A stretch of DNA of 50,833 nt from Clostridiales bacterium (GCA_016282315.1 JAEEKG010000014.1:1-50833); one strand, 5' to 3'; shown: positions 17,804 to 28,440, numbered from the stretch's first letter. Notes: generated by a model from the sequence alone, not told the origin. A program made the numbers and translations.

Positions 17804-20800
17804 ATGGCAGAAATCAATTGGACCGAGAATCAAAAAAGAGCAATACAAGCGCGTTCATGCAGTATTGCAGTTTCTGCTGCAGCCGGATCGGGAAAGACAG
17901 CAGTTCTCACAAATAGGATTATTGAGAGAATAAAAGCAGGCGGAGATATTAAAACAATGCTGGTCGTCACCTTTACAAATCCGGCAGCTCAACAGTTGAA
18001 AGATAAAATATCTGATGAATTGAATAATGCTCTCTTTGATAAACAACTGACTCCAAAAGAGAAGAAACACCTGCAAAGACAGCTTATAGCTCTTCCTAAC
18101 GCCACAATTTCAACAATTGATAGTTTTGTAATCGGATTAGTCAGAGATAACTTTTCTGAAGCCGGAATCCCCGTGGGGTCAGGAGTGATGGATGAAGCAG
18201 AAAAGAAACAACTTGAAACCGATGTTGCTGACATGCTTATCCAGGACTACTATGAAGAAAAAATAACAAGTGAAGACAGAAAAATAGATGATTTTGATTC
18301 TTTTGTCAATGTCTTTGGAGATCCGTTAAAACCTTCAGTTCTGGCAGAGAATATAATCAGTTTGAAAAACTATTATGATACACAGCCACACCCATATGAT
18401 AGTATTCTGGGAGAAAATGAAGATGGTGTTTTTGAAGAATCTTCTTTTGGAAAAATACTATTCAATTACACTAAATCCATGTTCGAATATTATTCTGAGC
18501 TGTTTAAGATTGCTTCAGAAGAATATGACATGGATGGTGAAACCAAAAACTCCGAATTGTTTGTTGGTATAAAAGACTTCTGCGACAAAGTTCTTGATGC
18601 TTTAAAGAATAAAGATGCATATAGTTCAGTCAAGGAGTTATTGTCTGATTATTCAAACAAAACAATCAGTAAATCAGGTTCGCTGTATCATGATTATTTC
18701 AAAAACAAAAAAAGTGATTTGAAATCTGACATTGATTCATTAAAAGAAAAATATTATTGCTATACTGAAGACGATATAAACACAATAAACGAAAAAATAG
18801 TAATTCAAAGAAACAATCTCGTTGCATTCTTAAAAGAATTTGACGAAAGATTAAGCAAACAAAAAGCACTGAAAAGAATGTACAGTTTCAATGACTACGA
18901 AAGACTGTGCTTAAAGATTCTGACTGAGTTTGATTTGAAGACACCATCAATTTTGAGTGCAAGACTCAGATCATACTATACCGAAATATATATAGATGAA
19001 TACCAGGACACAAATAGCTTACAAGACAAAATCTTTAGTTTGCTATCTAGAAAAGACAATCTTTTCACTGTAGGTGACATTAAGCAAAGTATATACAGAT
19101 TTAGAGGGGCTGAACCTTCAATATTTGATAAACAGATCAAAGAAAGAGTTGAATATGACCCTTCTAAACGCATTGAACAAACAAAGATTTATTTGTCAGA
19201 CAATTTCAGATCAACTCAGCAAATAGTTGACGCTGTCAACTGTGTTTTTGAAAACGTTTTGGCAAATGATCCGGTAATAAGCTATGGCGAACAGGATAAG
19301 CTCAGATGCGGGACTCACAAAGAAGGTCCTAAACCTGAAATGCATGTTTTTTGCGACAAAGACCTGGATGCCAGTGGTTTATATGAAAAGGAACTAGAAT
19401 ATATTGCAAAGCGCATAAAAAATGAGATGCGCAATGACAAAGCTCTGAAGTATTCTGATTTTGCAGTTCTTACAAGAAAGAATGATATTTCAAGTTTAGC
19501 TGTAAAAATACTGAATGGATTTGATATTCCGAGTGTAGATAAAAATGAGAAAGAGTTCTTCAATAACCCTGAAGTAATGCTGGTTATAGCTCTTTTGAAA
19601 TGCATAGATAACCCATATAGTGATTTGTATTTAACAGCGACAATGAAAAGTCCTCTGTATGGTTTTTCACTTGATGATCAAATAGGGTTCAGAATGAATC
19701 ACAAAGAAAAACCATTGTATGCCGCTGTGAAGAATTGTTCTGAGTCAGATGACAAATGGAATAAGAAATGCAAAAAATTGATAAGTGATTTGGATTATTA
19801 CAGACCTTTGAGCCGCATAATGTCTTGTTCGGATTTTATAAAGACAATCTTTGAGGGCATGATGCTGACTTCTATAGTGTCAAAATCCGAAGGCATAGAA
19901 AGAGAAGAAGCAGCAAGAGCAAATCTCCTTCAACTATATGATTATGCGCGCATGTTCGATAATAAGAACAGCAAGAGTCTCTATGATTTCTTGACATATG
20001 TAGATGAGCTTGTCAAAGATGATGCGAAAATTGACATGTCAAGATTCAATGCTTTGGATGATGCTGTAGAAATTACAACGATACACAAATCTAAAGGTTT
20101 GCAATACAAATATGTATTTTTGCCTTGTTTTGGTTCATCTTTGAATTCAAGCAATAACAGAAATGCAAATTTCATTAGTTCCAGAAACTTGCCGTTGGTA
20201 GTGATGCCGGTTGAAAATGACGAGAAAATCGATAACATTTTCTACAGGATATCTTCTCTCAATGACAGATTAATGGACAATGATGAAATAATCAGGGTTT
20301 TGTATGTTGCCATGACAAGACCTGAGACAAATTTGATTATTACATCCGCACTGAAAAAGAGCGTTGAAGAAGTAAAGCAATTGTATGATCTGAACTCAGA
20401 CAATTGTCTGGGATTATTTGAAAAAGATAAGGTGACCAATTATTCAAGGTCAAAGTTTAAATCATATTTTGATCTATTGATAAAAGGATTTTCATATAAT
20501 CCAAGTGTTGTGGATTTATATATTGAATCATTTGATGATATTTCATTTGAAGATAGCAATATCACAAAAGTTTCAAAAGAATCTGAAGAAGTTATAGATG
20601 AAGAAACAATCAAAAAGACAATAATAGACAGATTCAATTTTGTATATCCATATGAAGAATTGATTAAGCTGCCAAACAAATTATCTGTATCAAAGATTTA
20701 TCCGGGAATGCTAGATCAGCCCGAAGATGGTTATACACCTGAACAGCTGAAAATTGAAGAAAAAGAAGATATTAAACGAACTGAAATAGTTCCAAAATTC

Positions 20801-21391
20801 ATTTCAGATGAAGAAGAAATATCTCCCAGAGAACAGGGAATTGCTGTTCACTTGTTCATGCAGTTTTTTGATTTGGAAAATGTATTTGCAAATGGTATTG
20901 ATGCAGAAATGGATAGATTATTAAAAGAGAAATTCATTTATGAAGAGACGTACAGAATAATCAAATATCCGTGGAACAAGAAAAAAATAGAGAACTTTTT
21001 CAAGAGTTCTCTTGGCAAGGAAATGAGAAATGCAAAGACATTGGTAAGAGAGAGAAGATTCAATCTGAATTTCCCCGCAGAATTGTTCTCATCAGACAAA
21101 GAAAGAGTAGAACAAATAAAAGGAGTTCCGCTGCTCATTCAAGGTGTCATAGACTGTATGTACATCAACGAAAATGACGAATTAATTCTTGTTGATTACA
21201 AGACAGACCATTTCAAAAAGGATGTAGATAGAAAAACAATCGAAGATACTTTGAAGCAAAGATATTCTAACCAATTGATGTATTATACATATGCAGCTCG
21301 AAAACTGATGAACAAAGAAGAGGCTCATGTGAGGTTGTATTCTTTTGCAATTGATGATATTATAGAGCTCGATAGGAAGGAAGTGTTGTGA
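17804..21391 (+). CDS. addA: AddA-type UvrD helicase with C-terminal PD-(D/E)XK nuclease
   Basis: SAAAGSGKT, VTFTN, ISTIDSF, IDEYQD, VGDIKQSIYRFRGA, NFRS, TIHKSKGL, LYVAMTR and the nuclease motif QGVID...VDYKTD. Confidence 0.9.
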   Translation: MAEINWTENQKRAIQARSCSIAVSAAAGSGKTAVLTNRIIERIKAGGDIKTMLVVTFTNPAAQQLKDKISDELNNALFDKQLTPKEKKHLQRQLIALPNATISTIDSFVIGLVRDNFSEAGIPVGSGVMDEAEKKQLETDVADMLIQDYYEEKITSEDRKIDDFDSFVNVFGDPLKPSVLAENIISLKNYYDTQPHPYDSILGENEDGVFEESSFGKILFNYTKSMFEYYSELFKIASEEYDMDGETKNSELFVGIKDFCDKVLDALKNKDAYSSVKELLSDYSNKTISKSGSLYHDYFKNKKSDLKSDIDSLKEKYYCYTEDDINTINEKIVIQRNNLVAFLKEFDERLSKQKALKRMYSFNDYERLCLKILTEFDLKTPSILSARLRSYYTEIYIDEYQDTNSLQDKIFSLLSRKDNLFTVGDIKQSIYRFRGAEPSIFDKQIKERVEYDPSKRIEQTKIYLSDNFRSTQQIVDAVNCVFENVLANDPVISYGEQDKLRCGTHKEGPKPEMHVFCDKDLDASGLYEKELEYIAKRIKNEMRNDKALKYSDFAVLTRKNDISSLAVKILNGFDIPSVDKNEKEFFNNPEVMLVIALLKCIDNPYSDLYLTATMKSPLYGFSLDDQIGFRMNHKEKPLYAAVKNCSESDDKWNKKCKKLISDLDYYRPLSRIMSCSDFIKTIFEGMMLTSIVSKSEGIEREEAARANLLQLYDYARMFDNKNSKSLYDFLTYVDELVKDDAKIDMSRFNALDDAVEITTIHKSKGLQYKYVFLPCFGSSLNSSNNRNANFISSRNLPLVVMPVENDEKIDNIFYRISSLNDRLMDNDEIIRVLYVAMTRPETNLIITSALKKSVEEVKQLYDLNSDNCLGLFEKDKVTNYSRSKFKSYFDLLIKGFSYNPSVVDLYIESFDDISFEDSNITKVSKESEEVIDEETIKKTIIDRFNFVYPYEELIKLPNKLSVSKIYPGMLDQPEDGYTPEQLKIEEKEDIKRTEIVPKFISDEEEISPREQGIAVHLFMQFFDLENVFANGIDAEMDRLLKEKFIYEETYRIIKYPWNKKKIENFFKSSLGKEMRNAKTLVRERRFNLNFPAELFSSDKERVEQIKGVPLLIQGVIDCMYINENDELILVDYKTDHFKKDVDRKTIEDTLKQRYSNQLMYYTYAARKLMNKEEAHVRLYSFAIDDIIELDRKEVL

Positions 21392-21394
21392 TAT

Positions 21395-21949
21395 ATGGGT
21401 AAACAAAAAACAAAATATGGCTATACTCCTCAAAAAGTGGACTATAAAGTGTTCATTTTTGCATTGATCCCGTTGGCTTCTGCATTTTTATATGTATTGT
21501 CATTGGCTTTGATGTGGACGGTAGATTTTCCCGGAACAAAAATACCGCTTCTTTATCCTATGGATTTCTTTTCAATTGTAGGTCTTTTGGTATATTTAGG
21601 CTACATGTTCTTATGGGGCTGGATAGGAACAAGATGTGCAAAATCCGGAATAGTATTTTGGAAGTTGCTTATAGGAGTTAATATTGTTCCTATACTCGCC
21701 GCTTTGCTATATTACGTAGGATTGATAATACAAGGATCCGAAGGTATTAAAGACAGTATATTCGAAGTAATAGGTGCATCCAGTTGTGGTTTTGCTTCAT
21801 ATACGGGAACAATGCTTTACTACATAGTGAGTGTGGAATTCATAAACTACATCGAAGTTGGTTTGGATTTAGCATTTATGCTGGGCGTTTTTGCTATAGG
21901 ATACAGTATTGGAGTGTCCAAAAAGAAAACAACCAAAAACAGCAAATAA
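21395..21949 (+). CDS. Hypothetical integral membrane protein
   Basis: 184 aa with 4-5 hydrophobic segments. Starts 3 bp after the addA stop. Confidence 0.75.
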   Translation: MGKQKTKYGYTPQKVDYKVFIFALIPLASAFLYVLSLALMWTVDFPGTKIPLLYPMDFFSIVGLLVYLGYMFLWGWIGTRCAKSGIVFWKLLIGVNIVPILAALLYYVGLIIQGSEGIKDSIFEVIGASSCGFASYTGTMLYYIVSVEFINYIEVGLDLAFMLGVFAIGYSIGVSKKKTTKNSK

Positions 21950-21964
21950 CATTCAATAATATGG

Positions 21965-21995
21965 ACAGGGAATGCAACATTGCATTCCCTGTTTT
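21965..21995 (+). terminator. Terminator of the addA unit
   Basis: ACAGGGAATGCAA / TTGCATTCCCTGT inverted repeat followed by T's. Confidence 0.8.
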
Positions 21996-22003
21996 CGTAT
22001 AAG

Positions 22004-22036
22004 AAAAAATGGTGTAGCCCGGTTGGGCTACACCGT
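22004..22036 (-). terminator. nifJ terminator
   Basis: GGTGTAGCCC-ggtt-GGGCTACACC preceded by an A-run on the plus strand. Confidence 0.8.
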
Positions 22037-22065
22037 CATTTTAAATGCATCAAGAAATATTGGTA

Positions 22066-25000
22066 TTATTCATGTGCAGGCTCATATGTCTCTTTAAGTT
22101 TAAGGAGATGAGCATATTTTTCTTTAGCAGCTTTTGAAGCTTCATTGAAGAGTTTTTCAGCTCTTTCAGGGAATGAAGCAAGCAATCTGCTATATCTTGT
22201 TTCGCTCTCAATGAACTGGATGTAATCCTCTGATGGTTCTTTAGAATCGATTGTAAGAGGATTCTTTCCTTCAGCAGCAAGAGCAGGGTTGAATCTGAAT
22301 GTGTGCCAATAACCAGCGTTAACGGCTCTCTTCATTTCTGACTGGCAGTTAACCATTCCGCCCTTTAATCCGTGCATTTCACATGGAGCATAACCGATAA
22401 TCAATGATGGTCCATTGTAAGCTTCAGCTTCTGTGATAGCCTTAAGTGTCTGAGCCATGTCATAGCCCATAGCAACCTGTGCTACGTATACATAACCATA
22501 ACTCATAGCTATTTCAGCAAGATTCTTCTTCTTGATAGCCTTACCAGCTGCAGCAAACTGAGCAACCTGGCCAATCTGAGAAGCTTTAGAAGCTTGACCG
22601 CCTGTATTTGAATATACTTCAGTATCAAATACGAATACATTTACATTTTCGCCAGATGCGAGAACGTGGTCAAGTCCACCGAAACCGATGTCATAAGCCC
22701 AACCGTCTCCACCGAAGAGCCAAACTGTCTTTTTAGCGAGCATGTCTTTTTCAGCAACCAATTCTTTTGCAAGTTTAGCTGCTTCGCCTTTGAGTTCCTT
22801 GGATGTGCAAGCAGCAGCAAGTGCCTGTCCTGTTACATCAGATTCTTTAGCATCTTCTTTAGCAGCAAGCCATGCTTCAGCAGCAGCTTTAACTTCAGCT
22901 GTAACACCTTCAGCATCTTTCAATGCTTCAACTTTGTGTGCTATTGCATTTCTTCTTGTGCTGTAAGCAACTTTCATACCAAGACCATGTTCAGCGTTAT
23001 CTTCAAACAGTGAGTTGCCCCAAGCCGGACCTCTGCCTGATGTGATATTTACTGTGTATGGTGTAGAAGGAGCAGAGCCACCCCAAATTGAAGAACAACC
23101 TGTAGCGTTGGAAATATACATTCTTTCGCCTAACAATTGTGTTACAAGACGTGCATAAGAAGTTTCAGCACAACCTGCGCATGAGCCTGAGAACTCAAGT
23201 AGTGGTTGATTGAACTGGCTTCCTTTTACTGTATTGTCAGCAAATGGGAGGTCTTTCTTTGCAATATTCTGTACGCAATAATTGAATGGGAGTTGCTGAT
23301 CTTTCTGAGATTCCATAGCAACCATTTCAAGAGCTCTCTTTTCAGGCTTTGTAGGACAAGCTGAAACGCAGAGAGTACAACCCATACAGTCATATGGAGA
23401 AACAGCAATTGTGAATTTATAATCTTCACAACCTTTTCCTGTCATCTTAGCTGTAAACTTTGTATTTGCCGGAGCTGCAGCAGCTTCTTCAGCTGTAAGA
23501 GCAAATGGTCTGATTGCAGCGTGTGGACATACAAATGAACACTGGTTACACTGGATACAATTTTCTGGATGCCATACCGGAACAGAAACAGCTACGCCGC
23601 GTTTTTCATAAGCTGCAGCGCCCTGAGGATACTGTCCGTCTTCGAGTCCGAGGAATGCAGATACAGGAAGTGAATCGCCTTGCATCTTGCAAACAGGAGT
23701 TGCGATTTCATTAACGAATTTAACCAAATCTTTTCTTGGTCCTGTTGCTTTTTCACTCTTCTTCTTGTCAGATACGGTCTTCCAACTATCCGGAACTTTA
23801 ACTTTTACAAGTGCATCTACACCGGCATCGATAGCTTTGTAGTTCATTTCAACTACAGCGTCGCCCTTCTTGCCGTAAGATTTCTTAGCCATGTACTTCA
23901 TGTAGTTAACAGCATCTTCTGTAGGAATGATGTTAGCGAGTTTGAAGAATGCAGACTGAAGAATTGTGTTTGTACGTTTTCCAAGTCCGAGTTCGATAGC
24001 TTTGTCTATAGCATTAACTGTATAGAATTTAACTTTGTTGTTTGCGATGTAGTTCTTAACTGATGCTGGGAGATGTTTGTCAAGTTCTTTTTCATCCCAC
24101 TGGCAGTTGAGAAGGAATGTGCCGCCCGGTTTAACGTCTTCTACCATCTTATATCCTTTTTCAAGGTAAGCAGGGCAGTGGCAAGCAACGAAATCAGCTT
24201 TATTGATATAGTAGCATGATTTGATTGGTTTATCGCCGAATCTCAAGTGGGAAATTGTTACACCACCTGTTTTCTTTGAGTCATACTGGAAGTATGCCTG
24301 AATATATTTATCTGTGTGGTCACCGATAATTTTGATTGAACTCTTGTTGGCAGAAACTGTACCATCTGCGCCGAGTCCCCAGAATTTACAAGAAACAGTT
24401 CCTTTTGGTGAAGTATCCGGAGCTTCTTTTTCTGGAAGTGAGAGATTAGTTACATCATCTACGATGCCAACTGTAAAGTGATCCTTAGGAGCTTTGAGCT
24501 TTAAGTTTGCAAATATAGCAAAGATTGAAGCAGGAGTTGTGTCCTTTGAACCAAGACCATAACGACCGCCGACAACTTTAATCTGTCTGCCTGAATTTGC
24601 AACAGAAGCCATAACATCAAGATAAAGTGGTTCACCGAGTGAGCCAGGCTCTTTTGTTCTGTCAAGAACAGCAATCTTTTTACATGTTGCTGGGATAGCG
24701 GCAAGGAGTTTGTCTGCTCTGAAAGGTCTGTAAAGACGAACTTTAACCAAACCAACTTTTTCACCTTTTGCTGTGAGGTAGTCGATAACTTCTTCAGCAA
24801 CATCGTTAACTGAACCCATAGCTACAACTACGCGTTCTGCGTCGGGTGCACCATAGTAGTTGAACAACTGATAATTTGTTCCGATCTTCTTGTTGATTTT
24901 TTCCATATATTCTTCAACAATTTCCGGAAGTGCATCGTAATAACGGTTGCAAGCTTCTCTGTGCTGGAAGAATATGTCTCCGTTTTCAGCAGAACCACGG

Positions 25001-25644
25001 AGAGCTGGATGCTCAGGATTCAATGCATGAGCACGGAACTCAGCCAAAGCCTTTTTATCTACCATCTTAGCTAAGTCTTCATAATCCCATTCTTCAATTT
25101 TCTGAATTTCGTGGGATGTTCTGAAACCATCAAAGAAGTGAATAAATGGAACTCTTCCTTTAATTGCGCTCAAGTGAGCAACAGCACCAAGATCCATAAC
25201 TTCTTGTGGGTTAGTAGAAGCGAGCATAGCAAAACCTGTTTGACGGCATGCATAAACGTCAGAATGGTCTCCGAAAATGTTAAGTGCGTGTGAAGCAATT
25301 GTACGAGCTGACACATGAATTACACAAGGAAGCAATTCTCCGGCAATCTTGAAAAGATTCGGGATCATAAGGAGAAGACCCTGTGAAGCTGTGTAAGTTG
25401 TTGTTAGTGCGCCTGCAGCAAGTGAGCCGTGAACAGCACCTGCAGCGCCGCCTTCAGATTCCATTTCAACGATGTTAACTTTTTCGCCGAAAATGTTCTT
25501 TAATCCGCTTGCTGACCATGTATCTGTCTGTTCAGCCATTGGACTTGAAGGTGTGATTGGGTAGATGGCAGCAACTTCTGTAAAGGCGTAAGAGACCTTC
25601 GCAGCGGCAGTGTTACCATCCATAGAAAGTTTGTTTCTTGCCAT
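22066..25644 (-). CDS. nifJ: Pyruvate:ferredoxin (flavodoxin) oxidoreductase
   Basis: AIYPITPSS, FFDGFRTSHE, two CxxCxxCxxxCP ferredoxin motifs, EFSGSCAGC, TPP motif GGDGWAYDIG. ATG at 25644 follows GGAGG. Confidence 0.97.
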   Translation of the reverse strand: MARNKLSMDGNTAAAKVSYAFTEVAAIYPITPSSPMAEQTDTWSASGLKNIFGEKVNIVEMESEGGAAGAVHGSLAAGALTTTYTASQGLLLMIPNLFKIAGELLPCVIHVSARTIASHALNIFGDHSDVYACRQTGFAMLASTNPQEVMDLGAVAHLSAIKGRVPFIHFFDGFRTSHEIQKIEEWDYEDLAKMVDKKALAEFRAHALNPEHPALRGSAENGDIFFQHREACNRYYDALPEIVEEYMEKINKKIGTNYQLFNYYGAPDAERVVVAMGSVNDVAEEVIDYLTAKGEKVGLVKVRLYRPFRADKLLAAIPATCKKIAVLDRTKEPGSLGEPLYLDVMASVANSGRQIKVVGGRYGLGSKDTTPASIFAIFANLKLKAPKDHFTVGIVDDVTNLSLPEKEAPDTSPKGTVSCKFWGLGADGTVSANKSSIKIIGDHTDKYIQAYFQYDSKKTGGVTISHLRFGDKPIKSCYYINKADFVACHCPAYLEKGYKMVEDVKPGGTFLLNCQWDEKELDKHLPASVKNYIANNKVKFYTVNAIDKAIELGLGKRTNTILQSAFFKLANIIPTEDAVNYMKYMAKKSYGKKGDAVVEMNYKAIDAGVDALVKVKVPDSWKTVSDKKKSEKATGPRKDLVKFVNEIATPVCKMQGDSLPVSAFLGLEDGQYPQGAAAYEKRGVAVSVPVWHPENCIQCNQCSFVCPHAAIRPFALTAEEAAAAPANTKFTAKMTGKGCEDYKFTIAVSPYDCMGCTLCVSACPTKPEKRALEMVAMESQKDQQLPFNYCVQNIAKKDLPFADNTVKGSQFNQPLLEFSGSCAGCAETSYARLVTQLLGERMYISNATGCSSIWGGSAPSTPYTVNITSGRGPAWGNSLFEDNAEHGLGMKVAYSTRRNAIAHKVEALKDAEGVTAEVKAAAEAWLAAKEDAKESDVTGQALAAACTSKELKGEAAKLAKELVAEKDMLAKKTVWLFGGDGWAYDIGFGGLDHVLASGENVNVFVFDTEVYSNTGGQASKASQIGQVAQFAAAGKAIKKKNLAEIAMSYGYVYVAQVAMGYDMAQTLKAITEAEAYNGPSLIIGYAPCEMHGLKGGMVNCQSEMKRAVNAGYWHTFRFNPALAAEGKNPLTIDSKEPSEDYIQFIESETRYSRLLASFPERAEKLFNEASKAAKEKYAHLLKLKETYEPAHE

Positions 25645-25791
25645 GTAATTAACCTCCGAAAAAATATCACAATTTATGTGATTTCTCACTAATAATAAAT
25701 AATATCACAAATTCATATTTAAGTAAATATAAAAATAAGATTCAATAAGTTAATATTGCCTTTCTCAACAACAAGAAGTTATTTGTCGATG

Positions 25792-25830
25792 AAAAAACAA
25801 CAGCACCATGCTGATGTGCATGGTGCTGTT
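25792..25830 (-). terminator. rplA terminator
   Basis: AACAGCACCATGC...GCATGGTGCTGTT stem with an adjacent A-run on the plus strand. Confidence 0.8.
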
Positions 25831-25846
25831 ACAAAATATTCAGAAA

Positions 25847-26542
25847 TTAGTTGCCGAGTTTTGATGTATTGATTCTTACACCAGGACCCATTGTTGAAGC
25901 GACAACACAACTCTTGAGATATTGTCCCTTAAGAGCTGCCGGTCTAGCCTTAATGATAGCATCCAACAATGCTGTGAAGTTTTCTTGGAGTTTTTCAACG
26001 CCGAAAGAAACTTTACCGATTGGGCAGTGAATGATATTTGTTTTATCAAGTCTGTATTCAATTTTACCTGCTTTAGCTTCTGAAACTGCTTTAGCGATAT
26101 CCATTGTTACAGTTCCTGCCTTCGGGTTTGGCATAAGACCTTTAGGTCCGAGAACTTTACCGAGTCTACCGATAACACCCATCATATCAGGTGTAGCGAT
26201 AACTACGTCAAATTCAAACCAGTTTTCTTTAACTATCTTGTCAACATATTCAGCTCCGCCTGCGTAATCAGCGCCTGCGCCTGTAGCTTCGTCAACTTTT
26301 TCAGGTTTACAGAAAACCAATGTACGAACAGTTTTACCTGTTCCGTTAGGAAGAACAACTGCACCACGAACGATCTGGTCTGCATATCTTCCGTCGCATC
26401 CTGTACGGATGTGAACTTCTACTGTTTCATCAAATTTAGCTTTAGCTGTTTGAATTACATAATCGAGAGCCTGATTTGATTCATAGAGCTCAGCTTTATT
26501 GAACAGCTTTTCGCTGTCTTGATATTTCTTACCTTTTTTCAT
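25847..26542 (-). CDS. rplA: 50S ribosomal protein L1
   Basis: [41 protein letters not shown]. Confidence 0.98.
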   Translation of the reverse strand: MKKGKKYQDSEKLFNKAELYESNQALDYVIQTAKAKFDETVEVHIRTGCDGRYADQIVRGAVVLPNGTGKTVRTLVFCKPEKVDEATGAGADYAGGAEYVDKIVKENWFEFDVVIATPDMMGVIGRLGKVLGPKGLMPNPKAGTVTMDIAKAVSEAKAGKIEYRLDKTNIIHCPIGKVSFGVEKLQENFTALLDAIIKARPAALKGQYLKSCVVASTMGPGVRINTSKLGN

Positions 26543-26559
26543 GTTAGCGCGCTCCTTTC

Positions 26560-26991
26560 TCAATCAGATACTGTGATGCCCATGCTGCGGGCTGTGCCTG
26601 CGATCATGCTCATAGCTGCTTCGAGAGAAGCTGCGTTGAGGTCAGGCATCTTTGTTTCAGCTATTTCTTTAACCTGTGCTTTTGTTATAGAAGCAACTTT
26701 AACCTTATTAGGTGTAGCTGAAGCTGTTTCAATTCCTGCTGCTTTAAGAATAAGGACTGCTGCAGGAGGAGTCTTTGTGATAAATTCGAAAGATCTGTCT
26801 GCATATACTGTGATAACTACAGGTATGATCAAACCGATCTGATCCTTTGTACGGTCATTGAATTCTTTTGTGAATGCCGCAATGTTAACGCCGTGCTGAC
26901 CAAGAGCCGGTCCTATAGGTGGCTGGGGTGTAGCTTTTCCGGCGGGAATTTGCAGTTTAATATAAGCTGCTACTTTTTTTGCTGCTGCCAT
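26560..26991 (-). CDS. rplK: 50S ribosomal protein L11
   Basis: [34 protein letters not shown]. Confidence 0.98.
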   Translation of the reverse strand: MAAAKKVAAYIKLQIPAGKATPQPPIGPALGQHGVNIAAFTKEFNDRTKDQIGLIIPVVITVYADRSFEFITKTPPAAVLILKAAGIETASATPNKVKVASITKAQVKEIAETKMPDLNAASLEAAMSMIAGTARSMGITVSD

Positions 26992-27008
26992 TTTAAATAC
27001 CTCCGAAC

Positions 27009-27047
27009 GTGGTTTTCATCGGGAATTATAAGATTTTTCCCTCCCAC
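27009..27047 (-). promoter_or_regulatory. Probable L1-binding autoregulatory leader
   Basis: Minus strand reads GTGGGAG-GGAA...TTCC-CGATGAAA-ACCAC directly upstream of the rplK SD, resembling the GGGAG internal-loop L1 site. Confidence 0.6.
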
Positions 27048-27080
27048 TTTTGTGTACTGGCTAGTACACATTGCTCTGAT

Positions 27081-27611
27081 TTAGATTTTTAATAGTGATG
27101 TTGCTTCAAGTTCAACAGGAGTTTCACGGCCAAATACATTTGCATTGACTGTAACTGTCTTTCCATCTTCTGAGATGGAGAATACTGTTCCCTCAAAGCC
27201 TTGCATTGGTCCAGTTTGAATTTTGACATGATCTCCAACTGATATACCAGCTGATTCGACATGAACCTGAGCTCCGAGAGCTTCAACTTCAGCATCAGAA
27301 ATTGGTTCTGGCTTGTTATCTGCACCAACGAAGTTCAATGTGTTTTCTGTGTTGAAAACAACGTGCCATGTTTCATCTGTCATAATCATACGGACAAATA
27401 CATAGTTTGGAATAACTTTTTCTTCTTTGATTTTTACATTGCCTTTTGAGTCAGTTACTTCATATTGAGTTACAGGAACGAATACATCTGTAATTTTGTC
27501 TTGAAGACCAAGATTAGCAATCTTTTTCTCAAGTGTTTCTTTTACTCTGTTTTCGTATCCTGAGGAAGTAGCAATCACATACCACTTGTAATTTGATGAA
27601 TTACCTGCCAT
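27081..27611 (-). CDS. nusG: Transcription elongation factor NusG
   Basis: WYVI..SGYE, PNYVFVRM, FVG, KOW motif GPMQGFEG, FGRETPVEL. Confidence 0.96.
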   Translation of the reverse strand: MAGNSSNYKWYVIATSSGYENRVKETLEKKIANLGLQDKITDVFVPVTQYEVTDSKGNVKIKEEKVIPNYVFVRMIMTDETWHVVFNTENTLNFVGADNKPEPISDAEVEALGAQVHVESAGISVGDHVKIQTGPMQGFEGTVFSISEDGKTVTVNANVFGRETPVELEATSLLKI

Positions 27612-27627
27612 GTGCGTTTCTCCTCAA

Positions 27628-28278
27628 TTAACCGGCTGGACGGATAGTGTCGATGAGTTCTTTGAGTGCACGTAAGCCCTGTGTTATACCGTAATCAAGC
27701 AGTGCAAGAACTATAGCACCAACAACAACAGCAACAAGAACAACTGCTGAGTTTCTCCAGAACTGTTCTTTTGTAGGCCATACAAGTTTTTTGAACTCGG
27801 CTCTGTAATCTTTCCAGAATTTAGTCGTTTTTTCTCTGAATTTCTTGCTTATCAAACGTGCTACAAAATAAGCAATAACAAGTACAACTATAACACCGAG
27901 AGCAATTATAAGGTTGATGTGCTCTTCAAACCAATTCTTTGTTGCTGGGGTTGTTCCAGAATCTCCTGAATCTGCAGGAGCAGTGGTTTCTGTCGGTGTG
28001 GTTGTTTCTGTAGTATCGGCTGTGGTCTCAGCTGTAGTTTCAGTTTCTTCGACGGTTGTTTCTGTTGTATCGGCTGTGGTCTCAGCTGTAGTTTCAGTTT
28101 CTTCGACGGTTGTTTCTGTATTAGATTCAATTTCAGTAGCTTCTGCTGTTACGTCGTCGCCTGTTCCAAATACTACACTATTCTCCGTTGCTGCAAAAAC
28201 TGTCAAAGCAAATACGGAGAAAATCAAGCAGATTGCAACCAATAGAGAAATAATCTTAACGTTTTTTCTGCTAATCAT
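27628..28278 (-). CDS. secE: Preprotein translocase SecE with long N-terminal extension
   Basis: C-terminal FWKDYRAEFKKLVWPTK plus a TM ending LD. Syntenic between rpmG and nusG. 216 aa in total. Confidence 0.9.
   Translation of the reverse strand: MISRKNVKIISLLVAICLIFSVFALTVFAATENSVVFGTGDDVTAEATEIESNTETTVEETETTAETTADTTETTVEETETTAETTADTTETTTPTETTAPADSGDSGTTPATKNWFEEHINLIIALGVIVVLVIAYFVARLISKKFREKTTKFWKDYRAEFKKLVWPTKEQFWRNSAVVLVAVVVGAIVLALLDYGITQGLRALKELIDTIRPAG
28000..28120. repeat. 54-bp tandem repeat (about 2.2 copies) within secE
   Basis: 28000-28053 and 28054-28107 differ at one base, with a partial third copy. Encodes TETTVEETETTAETTADT twice. Confidence 0.95.
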
Positions 28279-28290
28279 TATAGTTTCTCC

Positions 28291-28440
28291 TTACTTTGTC
28301 TCTTTGTGAAGTGTGTGCTTCTTGCAGAACTTGCAATATTTCTTCATTTCGAGCCTGTCTGGGTCATTCTTTTTGTTTTTACTTGTGTCGTAGTTTCTCT
28401 GACCGCATTCTGAGCAGGCAAGAGTTATTTTAACTCTCAT
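28291..28440 (-). CDS. rpmG: 50S ribosomal protein L33 (Zn-ribbon type); not in the ORF track
   Basis: Hand translation [49 protein letters not shown] (49 aa), preceded by AGGAGG. Confidence 0.97.
   Translation of the reverse strand: MRVKITLACSECGQRNYDTSKNKKNDPDRLEMKKYCKFCKKHTLHKETK

Noticed and set aside
21960-22040. Two adjacent inverted repeats as a MITE or IS remnant
   Set aside because: Each hairpin has a U-tract in the orientation of its own convergent gene, so they are back-to-back terminators.
22050-25293. Many 60-130 aa antisense or alternative-frame ORFs inside nifJ (and likewise in pnp, addA, ligA, obg, yfhO)
   Set aside because: They lie almost wholly within well-supported genes, show no recognisable motifs, and are expected from codon bias.
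28000-28120. Direct repeats as a possible CRISPR array
   Set aside because: The 54-bp units are contiguous and in frame within secE, with no spacers and no cas genes.
27906-28309. Overlapping repetitive ORFs (27906-28130 minus, 27914-28309 plus)
   Set aside because: They are alternative-frame shadows of the secE low-complexity repeat.
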